Origin: a virus
Lineage: Duplodnaviria > Caudoviricetes
Length of the DNA stretch: 64,000 bases
IMG/VR virus record: IMGVR_UViG_3300028591_003737
Coordinates: 105,615 to 169,614 of that record
Strand: one strand, 5' to 3'
In this document: positions 1-10,280 of the stretch, in pieces
Position numbering within the stretch: position 1 is the first letter of the stretch
Layout of the letters: each line of letters begins with the position of its first letter
Position numbers and translations under genes: made by a program
The notes under the pieces: generated by a model
Databases searched by the model: none
Told to the model about the DNA's origin: nothing
Seen by the model: only the letters and a program-made list of their open reading frames with translations

Positions 1-3000
1 AATATTGCTTATGCTGAAGAAGGTACACAATATGGTCTTAAGGGTGAAGAAACAATATTTGAATTTAATCCAAATATTGAAGGTCAACCAATTTATTGGT
101 TAGATGAATCAATTGATTATGAAGATGTTTCTAAATCACTTAATAATGCTAAGATTGGTGAAGTTTGGGGAAGTGATGTTTATGAAGTTCCTATTTATGG
201 ATTTGACTCTCTTAACCGTTTCGTTGATTCTGAAACAGGTTCAATCAATGAAGATGAAGCTTCTAAGTATGCAGTAACAGTATATATGTCAAGAAATGGT
301 AGAACATATACATATACAGATTGTTATGGCGTAACTAAGACATATGCTAATAGTTCTGAAATTTCTGATGATGAATATATGAGAGCAAGTGATGGTATAT
401 CATATGCTCAAAAGACATTTATGCAATTCTTCAGTGCAACTAAGTATGATCACTTAGATGTTTATAAAGTAGCTGCATATTATGTATATATTATGAGATT
501 CGGTGCTGTTGACCAGGTTGTTAAAAACTGTATGATGACATCAGAAGATGGTAAGCACTGGTATTTCATTAACTATGATAATGATACTACTCTTGGTGTT
601 AGAAATGATGCTCAGTTAATCTTTAACTGGGACTTCGATAGAGATACTTATGACTATTCAGGTAACTCATATGCTTACGCTGGTGCTAAGTCAGTTCTTT
701 GGAATAACCTTTCAATGGATAATGACTTTATGAATATCGTTAAAGCAATTGATGCAGTTATGTATTCAACTGGTTTACTTTCAGCTAAAGCAGTTCTTGA
801 ATATCTTGATGAAAAACAAATGAATGTTTGGTGTGAAAGACTTTATAATAGTCAGGAACAGATCAAGTATCTTTCAACATTCAAGAATAATTTTGAAACT
901 GATAAATTCTTGTTATTCATGCAAGGAACAAGACATTCACATAGACAGTGGTGGGTAAATCACCGTTGGGAATTATTCGATGCTATGTGGAGTAATGGTT
1001 CTTATGCTGATAAGAAGATTAAATATTATGAAGTTATTACAGATGCTTCTAATACTAATGAACTTGAATTCTTAAAGATTACAGCTGCTTCTAAGTATTA
1101 CTTCACAGTTCAGAAGAACAATAATACAATTAATGGTGGTTTTGTTGAATTAAAGGCAGGTGAAAGTGCTTCATTCAAGACAAAAGAAAATATTGCTATT
1201 GGTGACCCTATGGTATTCATTGGTCCTCATAAGACTAAAGTTCTTAACTTCCGTCCTGGTAATAGATATCTTTCTGCAACACTTTCACTTAATGAAACTT
1301 ATCAGATCACAGAATCAGATGGTGTTACTAAGAGAAATACTAACTGGGTAGCAGAAGGTGGTACAATGATGAGTAAGTTATTAATTGGTAATGGTGTAAC
1401 TAATTGTCCTGTAACTAATATCTCTGGTCTTAATGATATTTCTTCTCTTGAAGAAATTGATATTAGAAACTGTACATTATTAACAGCTTCACCATCAGTT
1501 AATAGACTTTCTAACTTACATATCTTTAGAGCAACTGGTTCAACATGTACAGTATTTGAACCTGCACAAGGTGTTATCTTACAAGAAGTTTCACTTCCTT
1601 CAGATAATGCTGCAGCATCAGGTGAAATTTATGTAACTGATGAACAAGGTAATCTTATTCCTAAGAAGGATGAACAAGGAAACATCTTAACTGATGAACA
1701 AGGTAATACTATTTATGAAACACAAAGAGTTTCTAATGTATATGCTCTTCAAACATTATCTCTTAATAGAGTAATCTTCCAGGCACCTAATGAAAATTAT
1801 GTTGTTTACCAGGAAGGTACTGATAATGATGCTCTTCCATATTCATTTGATGAAGAAGGTCATCTTACAGGTGTTTATACAGATGATAAAGCATATAGAT
1901 ATACTTCAGAAAGTAAAGCAATCTTTGATGTACAACCTACAGCAAGATTAACTAATGTAACATTTAATAATGTTGTTGGTCTTGATACAAAACAATTTGT
2001 ATTAGATTGGAAAGACAAAGTTGTTGCTTCTGGTGAATCATTAAGTAGTAGACTTGTTGTTCTTAGTGGTATTGATTGGAAGGATATTACAGTATCTCAA
2101 CTTATTGAATTCGTATTTGGTGTTAAAGCTGATGGTTCAAGAACTGCTACATTTAATATCAAAGAATTCACAGGTACAGTTAAGGTTAAATCAGATGATC
2201 CTGAAAATAGTTCAATTAGTATTGATGAATATAATAGAATTATTGAATTCTTCGGAGAAAATGCATTTGATCCTGAAAACCCTGTATTTATTACATGTAA
2301 TGATGGTATTTTCTATCAGCCAACATCTACAACAAAACAAGTTGTTCTTAGTTCTTATGATGCTGATAGTGTTGCTTATTCTCTTGTATCAAGATATGGT
2401 AATGTATATGAACTTATTAGAGGAGATGAATTTAAAGTAAAAGCTACAATCTTCCCTAATGATGGTACAAAATATGTATATGTATTAACTGGTTTCACTA
2501 GAAATAATCCATTTACAATTACACCATCAGAATCATTAGTTTATAATCATGGTACTTCAGGTGCTAGATTAGTAAATAATGCAGATGGTACAGCTACACT
2601 TAAATTCGCTGAAGGTTCAGTATATACAAACTATATATTCGCAATTACTGTATGTAGATTAAATGATGATGGTACTCCTGATTTCACAACATCATCAGTA
2701 TATGATGAAGATCATAATATTTACATTGGTTCAGTAGCAAGAAATATTCCTGTTGCAAATCAAATTACTGTAAATATTGATAGTGATACTAGAAATATTA
2801 CTGAATATAATGTTGTTGATGAAAACAAACATACTGTTAAATTTAATTTACCTGCTAATACTAATGCAGCAGTAAATGAAGTTAATATTACTTTAAGTAA
2901 TATTGGTTATGCAGAAAATATTACTATTGATAAGGATAATTTCAGAATTGAAAATAATGTTGTAAGTGTTGATTTTGAATGTGTAATTCCTGCAGAAAAG

Positions 3001-4884
3001 ATTGAAAACTTAGCTGTTACATTTGGTCTTATCTTCGATACAACAGATGCTTCAATTAGAGAAGTAAATAAGATAATTACATTTACAATCACTCCTATTT
3101 ATCCTTCATCAATTACATTATTAAATGGTGAAGATACTATTACTGATAGATTTGTAATTAATCAAAGTGGTGAATATAATTTCAGTATTGAAGTAAATCC
3201 TTCAAATTATAATGTTGAAGTTACTGAATTAACACTTTCTTCAGAAAATGTATTTGGTGGTAACCATCGTCAAGTAACATATTCTGAAATTGAAAATAAT
3301 ACTTTCAAGATAACTGTTAACAATACTAATTATGAATCATTCGCAAGAAGAGATAATATTACAATAACATTAGTAAATAAATTTGATACTAATAAACAGA
3401 ATACAATTACTAAGACAATTGAAGTAGAAACATTTATAGTATATCCTGAAAATACTTATGTTGCTATCCAGGATTATAATGGTAATACTGAAAATTATAT
3501 CAGAACAAATACTACTGATAGAAATCTTGCTGATATTTATGTATTAAATGGTCAGGGTACAATTAATCCTCATAGCTTATCTAATTATACTAGTTTAATA
3601 AGTGGTTCAGAAGTAATATATGCTAAGATATTACCTGAAAATGTTGAGATGTTTGTTCCTGGTGTAAGTACTCCAGAAGTATTTGAACCTACTGAAGATT
3701 ATACAATTACAATTGGTAATAATATTAATGTTGTAAGTAGTAGTATTGAACAAGTTTCTTCTGATGATGTTAATGTAACAATCGATGGTAATACACTTGC
3801 TATTAAGATTGCTGCTAATACAAATATCATTGCAACAGTAACAATTAGTGGTACTTATACAATTGTATATGATGTTGATAGAGATGATACAACAAATAAT
3901 GGAGTTAATAATACTTATAACTTTACAATTAATGTAAATTATACATTAGCAACTCAAACAACATATACTAAATTAAGTGCTGGTGAATATTACTTAGTTG
4001 ATGAAAATTCTAACTATTATTCAGTAGATCTTGATGGAGAATATAATCTTACTGAAGAATCAAGAAATAGAATTACTAGAGCTCATAACTTAGGTATTAA
4101 ATTTGCTGGTGTCGGTTATAATAGCCAAACATCTACTCAGATAATTCCTCACTTTATTGCTCTTGTTGATGATAGCAGATACTTTAGAACAATTGGTGAA
4201 TTTACTGCTAATGGTGCTAATTCTCCTGTTCCTGTATTCTATCCTCAAAGTGCTAAAACAGGTATTATTGAATCAGCATATCATAATGATAATGATAATG
4301 ATATTAGATTTAATGGTAATGATAATACAGAATACTGGTATGATTTATTACAAGAAGCTAATGATTATCTTGATTCAGGATTTAATGCTATCTATAGTAA
4401 ATATGGTACTACTTTAAATATTACTCCTAAGGTATATGGACAAATGAGAACAGGTAAAGTTCTTCTTTATATTCCTACAAATAAAGAACTTACTGGTTTC
4501 TTTGGAACATCTACAACAACATATATACAGATTGATAAGATTATTGAATACCTTAATACTAAGGAAGGAAATAATTATATGTTAATTGCAAATATATTAT
4601 ATGATAAGGATGGATTTAGAACTGGTTCTGTAGGTAATGATGTTCATGGTGTTGATAATAATATGTTAAATAATCTTGGAGATTATGATAAGATTATGCT
4701 TATATTAACATCTAATGCTAATAATACAGCTTCTTCTGCTCATGTAGTAGCAAGAATTGGTGTTAAGAATGCAGGTGGTGCAAATAGTGTATTTGTAAAT
4801 ACTCCAATTACATTAAATATTGTTACACAATATTATGGTCACTATAACTATACATCAATTTTACCATTCGTAAAGGTATCTTAA
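1..4884 (+). CDS. Very large virion/tail-associated protein (5'-truncated) with CotH-kinase-like domain, LRR-like segment and Ig-like beta-rich repeats
   Basis: Frame 1 is open from base 1, so the 286 ATG is internal. The motif HLDVYKVAAYY..FGAVDQVVKN..W YFINYDNDTTLG matches the CotH-type atypical kinase C-lobe. LEEIDIRNCTLL/LSNLHIFRATGS is LRR-like, and a long T/N/V-rich beta region follows. Confidence 0.6.
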   Translation, partial: NIAYAEEGTQYGLKGEETIFEFNPNIEGQPIYWLDESIDYEDVSKSLNNAKIGEVWGSDVYEVPIYGFDSLNRFVDSETGSINEDEASKYAVTVYMSRNGRTYTYTDCYGVTKTYANSSEISDDEYMRASDGISYAQKTFMQFFSATKYDHLDVYKVAAYYVYIMRFGAVDQVVKNCMMTSEDGKHWYFINYDNDTTLGVRNDAQLIFNWDFDRDTYDYSGNSYAYAGAKSVLWNNLSMDNDFMNIVKAIDAVMYSTGLLSAKAVLEYLDEKQMNVWCERLYNSQEQIKYLSTFKNNFETDKFLLFMQGTRHSHRQWWVNHRWELFDAMWSNGSYADKKIKYYEVITDASNTNELEFLKITAASKYYFTVQKNNNTINGGFVELKAGESASFKTKENIAIGDPMVFIGPHKTKVLNFRPGNRYLSATLSLNETYQITESDGVTKRNTNWVAEGGTMMSKLLIGNGVTNCPVTNISGLNDISSLEEIDIRNCTLLTASPSVNRLSNLHIFRATGSTCTVFEPAQGVILQEVSLPSDNAAASGEIYVTDEQGNLIPKKDEQGNILTDEQGNTIYETQRVSNVYALQTLSLNRVIFQAPNENYVVYQEGTDNDALPYSFDEEGHLTGVYTDDKAYRYTSESKAIFDVQPTARLTNVTFNNVVGLDTKQFVLDWKDKVVASGESLSSRLVVLSGIDWKDITVSQLIEFVFGVKADGSRTATFNIKEFTGTVKVKSDDPENSSISIDEYNRIIEFFGENAFDPENPVFITCNDGIFYQPTSTTKQVVLSSYDADSVAYSLVSRYGNVYELIRGDEFKVKATIFPNDGTKYVYVLTGFTRNNPFTITPSESLVYNHGTSGARLVNNADGTATLKFAEGSVYTNYIFAITVCRLNDDGTPDFTTSSVYDEDHNIYIGSVARNIPVANQITVNIDSDTRNITEYNVVDENKHTVKFNLPANTNAAVNEVNITLSNIGYAENITIDKDNFRIENNVVSVDFECVIPAEKIENLAVTFGLIFDTTDASIREVNKIITFTITPIYPSSITLLNGEDTITDRFVINQSGEYNFSIEVNPSNYNVEVTELTLSSENVFGGNHRQVTYSEIENNTFKITVNNTNYESFARRDNITITLVNKFDTNKQNTITKTIEVETFIVYPENTYVAIQDYNGNTENYIRTNTTDRNLADIYVLNGQGTINPHSLSNYTSLISGSEVIYAKILPENVEMFVPGVSTPEVFEPTEDYTITIGNNINVVSSSIEQVSSDDVNVTIDGNTLAIKIAANTNIIATVTISGTYTIVYDVDRDDTTNNGVNNTYNFTINVNYTLATQTTYTKLSAGEYYLVDENSNYYSVDLDGEYNLTEESRNRITRAHNLGIKFAGVGYNSQTSTQIIPHFIALVDDSRYFRTIGEFTANGANSPVPVFYPQSAKTGIIESAYHNDNDNDIRFNGNDNTEYWYDLLQEANDYLDSGFNAIYSKYGTTLNITPKVYGQMRTGKVLLYIPTNKELTGFFGTSTTTYIQIDKIIEYLNTKEGNNYMLIANILYDKDGFRTGSVGNDVHGVDNNMLNNLGDYDKIMLILTSNANNTASSAHVVARIGVKNAGGANSVFVNTPITLNIVTQYYGHYNYTSILPFVKVS

Positions 4885-4911
4885 TTAAGAAATATATAAA
4901 ATTAAAATATA

Positions 4912-5457
4912 ATGAATACATTTTTTAATAATTTCGGAAAAACATCAGAATTCAAATATATTGTTGAATTAAATGATGGTAAGTATCTTGTTAGTTTTGA
5001 TAAAGTTGATATATTAGTTGATGAAGTAGTTTACAAAAATAGTAAACCAGTTAAAACTGGAAACTCTTTACCATCTGGTGAATCTGTATGGAAATCAATT
5101 ATTTTGGATTTCCATGCAGATCCAGTAACAATAGCAAATACATTAACTCAGTTAATTGACAAAGATACTCAATATAATATTATTAATTCATTCATTTGGA
5201 ATGGTTATAATGTTTACTTAAGTAAAGAAAACCAAATGAATTATAAAAATGCATATGATTTAGCAGTATCAACAAATGGAGAATCACTCCCTGTAACATT
5301 TAAATTTAAAAAGAATGGAAAAGGTGTATATTATACATTTGATACTGTTGCTGAATTAAAAGATTTTTATATCAAATTAAACAAACATATTAATGGTTGT
5401 TTAGAAAATGGATGGAAACGTAAAGATGATATTATTGCAGACAATTATAAAATTTAA
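4912..5457 (+). CDS. DUF4376-like tail-associated protein typical of Bacteroidales phages
   Basis: Pattern FIWNGYNVYLSKENQMNYKNAYDLAV..LPVTFKF..YYTF..ELKDFY..GWKRKD. It directly follows the large tail gene. Confidence 0.6.
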   Translation: MNTFFNNFGKTSEFKYIVELNDGKYLVSFDKVDILVDEVVYKNSKPVKTGNSLPSGESVWKSIILDFHADPVTIANTLTQLIDKDTQYNIINSFIWNGYNVYLSKENQMNYKNAYDLAVSTNGESLPVTFKFKKNGKGVYYTFDTVAELKDFYIKLNKHINGCLENGWKRKDDIIADNYKI

Positions 5458-5482
5458 TATTTTATAAAGTATATTTATTTTG

Positions 5483-5520
5483 AAGAATGTGTATAATTTA
5501 CTTTATACACATTCTTTTTT
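5483..5520 (+). terminator. Intrinsic terminator
   Basis: aagaatgtgtataa / ttatacacattctt inverted repeat followed by a T-run. Confidence 0.75.
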
Positions 5521-5532
5521 TATTTTTATATA
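5520..5532 (+). promoter_or_regulatory. Late-type motif TTATTTTTATATA
   Basis: Recurrent motif, about 20 nt upstream of the ATG at 5554. Confidence 0.55.
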
Positions 5533-5553
5533 TAAAATATATATAATTTAATT

Positions 5554-5841
5554 ATGTCTGCTCAAATTGGAATTCCTACTTATAAAGATGAAATTAATGC
5601 AGTAAAACTTAATGAAATTAAAGAATATATTAATGGTTTATGTTTTGATTTTGCTAAATTATCATCTACAGAAGCAATTGAAAATAGAGAATCAGATGGT
5701 TATGAAGCATATGCACATCAATATGAACATGATATGGCTATAATGAAAGATATTGTTTCATTAGCACAAAAATTACAAAATACAGTTAATGATTCATTAT
5801 TTGCTATTGCAACTCGCGAAGTTTATTCTCATTTAGTATAA
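5554..5841 (+). CDS. Hypothetical protein
   Basis: 95-aa ORF between the motif and a terminator. Confidence 0.7.
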   Translation: MSAQIGIPTYKDEINAVKLNEIKEYINGLCFDFAKLSSTEAIENRESDGYEAYAHQYEHDMAIMKDIVSLAQKLQNTVNDSLFAIATREVYSHLV

Positions 5842-5880
5842 AAAAATAAAGGTATCAATATTGATACCTTTTTATTTTTT
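5841..5880. terminator. Bidirectional terminator between convergent genes
   Basis: aaaggtatcaatattgataccttt palindrome flanked by A- and T-runs. Confidence 0.75.
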
Positions 5881-6310
5881 AGAAACTAGGATCTCGATAT
5901 GGTTTTGCACTTCCAAAATAAACTGGTGAAGAATAACCATACTGACCGGTCTTAACTAATTTTCTCCATTCTCCTTTCTTTCTCTTAGAATAAGTTTCAC
6001 ACTTCTTTCTATCTATTTTATGAAAATCTTCATACCACATTATTCCATCTTCATCAACAGAAATATTACTCTGATTATAAATATTATTTTCATCAAATTC
6101 GTGAAGACGTTTAAGAAGAATTCTCTTAGGAGTTAAATTATCTACACAAACAACAGCATATCTATCAGAACCAACATATTCTGTACCCATCATTCCTGGT
6201 TTAGGATCCCAATCAGATTTATTTGTTAAATCTAATTTTTTTAAAGGAATTTCATTAATAGGAGTTCTATTAGGAAGATCTACTTTAAGATTTTTATCAA
6301 GCTTCAGCAT
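5879..6310 (-). CDS. Hypothetical protein
   Basis: 143-aa ORF with its own early-type promoter motif. Confidence 0.75.
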   Translation of the reverse strand: MLKLDKNLKVDLPNRTPINEIPLKKLDLTNKSDWDPKPGMMGTEYVGSDRYAVVCVDNLTPKRILLKRLHEFDENNIYNQSNISVDEDGIMWYEDFHKIDRKKCETYSKRKKGEWRKLVKTGQYGYSSPVYFGSAKPYRDPSF

Positions 6311-6336
6311 AATATTATTGTTTGTTTTACATTAAT

Positions 6337-6364
6337 AATATAGTTAATTTTTTAGAAAATTCAA
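6337..6364 (-). promoter_or_regulatory. Early-type promoter TTGAAT-N16-TATATT
   Basis: Recurrent bipartite motif upstream of 6310. Confidence 0.6.
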
Positions 6365-6630
6365 TTTACTTTATCTAAATAATCAACTAACTTCCAATAT
6401 CTTTCATCTAAACCAAACAATTCTTCATATGCTTGTAAAACAGTATTATATCCATCACAATATCCTGTATCAAGTATACTATTAATAAAATCTCTGATAT
6501 CTTGAATTTTAGCATCTAACTTTCTTTTTGTCCAGAATCTACGTGATGATTGTCTACCTCTTACTCCTTTCTTCCAAAGTTCAAACTCTTCTTTTGGTAA
6601 TTCTTCAAGTATTATATCTTCTTCTATCAT
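6361..6630 (-). CDS. Hypothetical protein
   Basis: ORF in a tightly packed minus-strand operon. Confidence 0.7.
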   Translation of the reverse strand: MIEEDIILEELPKEEFELWKKGVRGRQSSRRFWTKRKLDAKIQDIRDFINSILDTGYCDGYNTVLQAYEELFGLDERYWKLVDYLDKVN

Positions 6631-6953
6631 ACTATATCTCTAAAATAATTACATTGAAAAAAGTCAATAACTGTATATATATCATCTGGATTTAATAAAT
6701 CATAATTTAATGTATTATTATTTTCAAATAATATATATAAATCATTATTTGTGTATAGATTCTTTATAAATCCAGATATATTTCTATTATTTATAATAAA
6801 ATCTTTTACCATATCATGTGCTTTAAAAATTTGAGAATTATTATCAACATGACATGTTATATATTTACTATCTTCAGACTCAGTATTATAACAATTTGAC
6901 ATAAATTTACTAAGTCTATTTAATATTTCTTCTTTTATACTTTCTTTATTCAT
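6627..6953 (-). CDS. Hypothetical protein (start probably the second Met, MNKES)
   Basis: Operon packing; this start gives a short overlap with the upstream gene. Confidence 0.6.
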   Translation of the reverse strand: MNKESIKEEILNRLSKFMSNCYNTESEDSKYITCHVDNNSQIFKAHDMVKDFIINNRNISGFIKNLYTNNDLYILFENNNTLNYDLLNPDDIYTVIDFFQCNYFRDIV

Positions 6954-7146
6954 AGTCTTCAATTTTTTCTTCAATACAATTTACTTTAAAACTTACTTCT
7001 CCCCAATGATCAAGAGAATCAAAAAGCTGTAAATCAACTTGATTTTTCCAATTTTCAAGTTTTTCTTCAAAGGTATCACCTTCCATATTTGAAGTATCTA
7101 TCTCAGCAGTTACCTCAAATTTTACTACTAATTTTTTATCTTCCAT
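6946..7146 (-). CDS. Hypothetical protein
   Basis: 66-aa ORF, operon packing. Confidence 0.65.
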   Translation of the reverse strand: MEDKKLVVKFEVTAEIDTSNMEGDTFEEKLENWKNQVDLQLFDSLDHWGEVSFKVNCIEEKIEDYE

Positions 7147-7723
7147 TTTTTACTCTTTCTTTATTATACTTAATCTGTTCAGTAAAATCATATTCTGTCA
7201 TACCCATAGATTTTCTAATTGTATTAGAAGCTTGACATGCAGTTTCAAAATTATTAAATGCAATCCATTTACCTTCTTTAACTAAATCTAACCACTTTCC
7301 ACTCATTTTAAATGCTTGCATATAATCTTCACATGGTTGAGGTAAAAAATCTAAATCACGAATATACCACCAATAACCAAACTTTTCTATAAATCTTTCT
7401 TGTTTACTTTTCTTTTCTTCTTTCTCCACAGGCCAATATACTTTTACTTTAGATGGATCATATTCTTTAATATATTCATCAGTATACCAATCAGGACGTT
7501 GAAATCTTGAATTAAATTCAATTTTCTTAACTTCTTCTGAATCTATATCATGTGCTTCTGGCCATTGTTTATATAATTCATCCAATGAATCAACATAAGC
7601 AACAATAATAAAATCAGTATAGCTTTCGCCAGTACACCAATATGGATATTTTACAGGCCAAATAACTGGTCTATAATCATTATCACATTTTTTAAATGGT
7701 AAATAAAATCTAGTCCAAATCAT
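7136..7723 (-). CDS. Phage hypothetical protein
   Basis: Trp/Pro-rich N-terminal domain (DYRPVIWPVKYPYWCTGE). Confidence 0.7.
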   Translation of the reverse strand: MIWTRFYLPFKKCDNDYRPVIWPVKYPYWCTGESYTDFIIVAYVDSLDELYKQWPEAHDIDSEEVKKIEFNSRFQRPDWYTDEYIKEYDPSKVKVYWPVEKEEKKSKQERFIEKFGYWWYIRDLDFLPQPCEDYMQAFKMSGKWLDLVKEGKWIAFNNFETACQASNTIRKSMGMTEYDFTEQIKYNKERVKNGR

Positions 7724-7744
7724 AATTTAAAAATCAAAATTTAA

Positions 7745-8191
7745 TTATCCTGCACAAGGAGTAAGATATAATCTATTAAATAAATCCTCCATACTTGTTG
7801 CTTCATATACAATAGCATGATCTCTTGCAATATCAGATACAAGTCTACCAGTAGCTCTTAATGATTTAATTTCATGTTTTTCAAACTTTTCTGGTGTAAG
7901 AATACAATAAATAACTAAATCTACATTAGTTCCATACATATTAGCAAGATGTGCTGAATGAATTATTTCTGCAATAGAATATACACCTTGCATTTCTGGA
8001 GTAATTACATAAAGATGAATATTACATTTATTATTCTTTTCATCTTCTTCAATTACTTGACATTCTGGTGTCCAATCTTCTACAACAGGATTAAAATATT
8101 CCACCCCTTGTTTATCAAGTAATGGCATTAATTCATCTCTCCATGTTGTTTCACAACAAGTACCACCTAAAAAATATCTTTGTTTTTTCAT
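7745..8191 (-). CDS. Nucleoside 2-deoxyribosyltransferase-like protein
   Basis: Pattern FLGGTC..WR..YFNPVVEDW..YVITP..GVYSIAE. Confidence 0.7.
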   Translation of the reverse strand: MKKQRYFLGGTCCETTWRDELMPLLDKQGVEYFNPVVEDWTPECQVIEEDEKNNKCNIHLYVITPEMQGVYSIAEIIHSAHLANMYGTNVDLVIYCILTPEKFEKHEIKSLRATGRLVSDIARDHAIVYEATSMEDLFNRLYLTPCAG

Positions 8192-8215
8192 TATATAACT
8201 TAAAATATATTTATA

Positions 8216-8707
8216 TTAACTAAAACATACACAACGATGTTTCTTTTCTTTAAGATTAATCCACCATTCTCTACCTGCTAATACTTTCCAACTTATTTCT
8301 GGTGTTCTTGCTGAAATTTCACCATCATTCATTATAGTTATTGTCAATTCATCAAGACCTTTATCATCAGTTTGTAAAAGTTCTTTTACAATTTCTCTTT
8401 CTTCATGAGTTAAAGTATATGGTTTCTTAGAAGCTTTTTTATTTTCATATGCTTTCCATTTTGCTACTTCTTCAGGATGTTCTTCTTCCCATTTCTTTCT
8501 TTTTTCTTCCTCTTCTTTTCTCCAAGCAGCATATTCTTCTTCTGTTTGAGCTTTTAGAGGTTTTATATCAAATCCAATAGTTTTTGAAACGACATCAAAA
8601 GCTAATTTAAGATCCTTTTCTTTATAAGTATCTGTCGATGATTTAGGTTTAAATGTTTCAAACATTTCCTTCATCTGATTACCTAACTTATTATAATCTG
8701 GTTCCAT
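8216..8707 (-). CDS. Hypothetical protein
   Basis: 163-aa ORF. Confidence 0.7.
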   Translation of the reverse strand: MEPDYNKLGNQMKEMFETFKPKSSTDTYKEKDLKLAFDVVSKTIGFDIKPLKAQTEEEYAAWRKEEEEKRKKWEEEHPEEVAKWKAYENKKASKKPYTLTHEEREIVKELLQTDDKGLDELTITIMNDGEISARTPEISWKVLAGREWWINLKEKKHRCVCFS

Positions 8708-8708
8708 A

Positions 8709-8900
8709 TTAATCTTCTAATTTAAAATTTTCTTCAAAATCTTCTTTTGTTCTTGCAAAATACTCTCCATCAGGATTATCATATTCTGTTTTATAAAGGC
8801 AAAGACCTCGTCTCCATTGACCATTATCTTTAAACATAAAATTATCAGTAATCAATGTATAAGGCTTACCAGTTTTAATATGAAAATATCTTTTATTCAT
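8709..8900 (-). CDS. DUF1653-like small protein
   Basis: Pattern RYFHIKTGKPY..LYK..YFAR.KEDF. Confidence 0.6.
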   Translation of the reverse strand: MNKRYFHIKTGKPYTLITDNFMFKDNGQWRRGLCLYKTEYDNPDGEYFARTKEDFEENFKLED

Positions 8901-8933
8901 AATCTTGTATCTTTCTATATACCATAAATCTTT

Positions 8934-9188
8934 TTATAAGAACAGGTCTTTTAAATAATCTTTTTCAATATCATTTATATGTTTTATTCCTTCATTAACA
9001 TATTCTGGATAAATATATTCAATATCATTATTTTCTTTTATAAGAATATTAGGTAAACAAGATGAAATTATTTTACTTCTTAAATTACAAAAATAATTTT
9101 GAATTTCTTTAATTCTTTCATCTTGCAATCTTCTTAAATAAGGATTGGATAATATAAAAGATTGTTTAATTTTTTGTGTATTAGTCAT
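8934..9188 (-). CDS. Hypothetical protein
   Basis: 84-aa ORF, operon packing. Confidence 0.6.
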   Translation of the reverse strand: MTNTQKIKQSFILSNPYLRRLQDERIKEIQNYFCNLRSKIISSCLPNILIKENNDIEYIYPEYVNEGIKHINDIEKDYLKDLFL

Positions 9189-9528
9189 AATCCTTTTCTA
9201 ATTTTCTATATCCCATAAATCCTTTCATAGGAACTTGTTCTTTCAAATAATGGAATTTACCAGTTCTTGAAATATAATTACCATCAGCCCAATCTTTACC
9301 AGTTGTAGTACAAGTAAATCCATCTCTTTTAGATATATTAGATATTTTCATCCAACCTTTAATATATCCATTATGACAAATATAACATCTATCCCCAATA
9401 TTCACATCTTTAGGAATAGTAGGAATACGATAATTCATCTCTTGAGTTTCATCCTCAACAGTCTTTAATTCCTTCTCATAATCTTCCCATTTTATAGACT
9501 TAGGAATTGTTATACAAATACTACTCAT
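9181..9528 (-). CDS. ASCH/PUA-like domain protein
   Basis: IGDRCYICHNGYIKG ... PMKGFMGYR resembles the ASCH/PUA-type fold. Confidence 0.45.
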   Translation of the reverse strand: MSSICITIPKSIKWEDYEKELKTVEDETQEMNYRIPTIPKDVNIGDRCYICHNGYIKGWMKISNISKRDGFTCTTTGKDWADGNYISRTGKFHYLKEQVPMKGFMGYRKLEKDYD

Positions 9529-9712
9529 TTATTTTCTTATATTTATTTACTTTACACTTTACTAATGCATCTGTTGGATGACCATCATAAGTACATTTTC
9601 CATTTGTATCAGAAAATCTTCCTGCTACAGGACCAAAATCTTCATATAATTTACATGAATAACACATTCCTGGATAATCATCAGGATTTAATAAACAACC
9701 AAATCTACCCAT
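9521..9712 (-). CDS. Small Cys-rich hypothetical protein
   Basis: CxxC ... C ... C. Confidence 0.6.
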   Translation of the reverse strand: MGRFGCLLNPDDYPGMCYSCKLYEDFGPVAGRFSDTNGKCTYDGHPTDALVKCKVNKYKKINE

Positions 9713-9713
9713 A

Positions 9714-9911
9714 TTACCAATTACCTTTTATATGATTAACATGAAATGGAAACCAACCAAATGCCCAGTCTCTACTACAAAATATAGTACAGAGAACTTT
9801 CAATGGATTCCAATAAAATACATATAAACCACCACTTTGTGTGGATTTAAACCAAATACCTTGTTTGTCAATGTGATTAATCACAAACCATTTAAACTTC
9901 GGAGCTGTCAT
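9714..9911 (-). CDS. Hypothetical protein
   Basis: 65-aa ORF, operon packing. Confidence 0.55.
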   Translation of the reverse strand: MTAPKFKWFVINHIDKQGIWFKSTQSGGLYVFYWNPLKVLCTIFCSRDWAFGWFPFHVNHIKGNW

Positions 9912-10276
9912 ATTTTGAAAATTAATATAAAATTATCATTATAACTATTTATATCATAAGAATATGCTGCTGGATATATTCGTTTCATATAGCCATTATA
10001 ACCCTTTACTTCAGTAATATATCCTTCCCTATCACATAAAGTAAGTCTTACATTATTAACTTTAGATATCATAAATTTTGAATCTAAATTTTTAAATAAC
10101 TTAGTATATTTTACAATGATGAAAATTTCAGAAGGACTCATATAAACATCGGTTACACCCTCATTTAGTCCTTTAATTTCATCATCATCAATATAAAAAT
10201 TTAATTCAAATAGATCTCTTCTATCATTTTCATCTATTGGTTCAGGAATCCAAGGTTCAAATTTAACTTTATCCAT
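9908..10276 (-). CDS. Hypothetical protein
   Basis: 122-aa ORF. Confidence 0.65.
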   Translation of the reverse strand: MDKVKFEPWIPEPIDENDRRDLFELNFYIDDDEIKGLNEGVTDVYMSPSEIFIIVKYTKLFKNLDSKFMISKVNNVRLTLCDREGYITEVKGYNGYMKRIYPAAYSYDINSYNDNFILIFKI

Positions 10277-10280
10277 AATA

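Noticed and set aside
286-288. ATG at 286 as the start of the first gene
   Set aside because: The frame is open from base 1, and the kinase-like domain would be incomplete.
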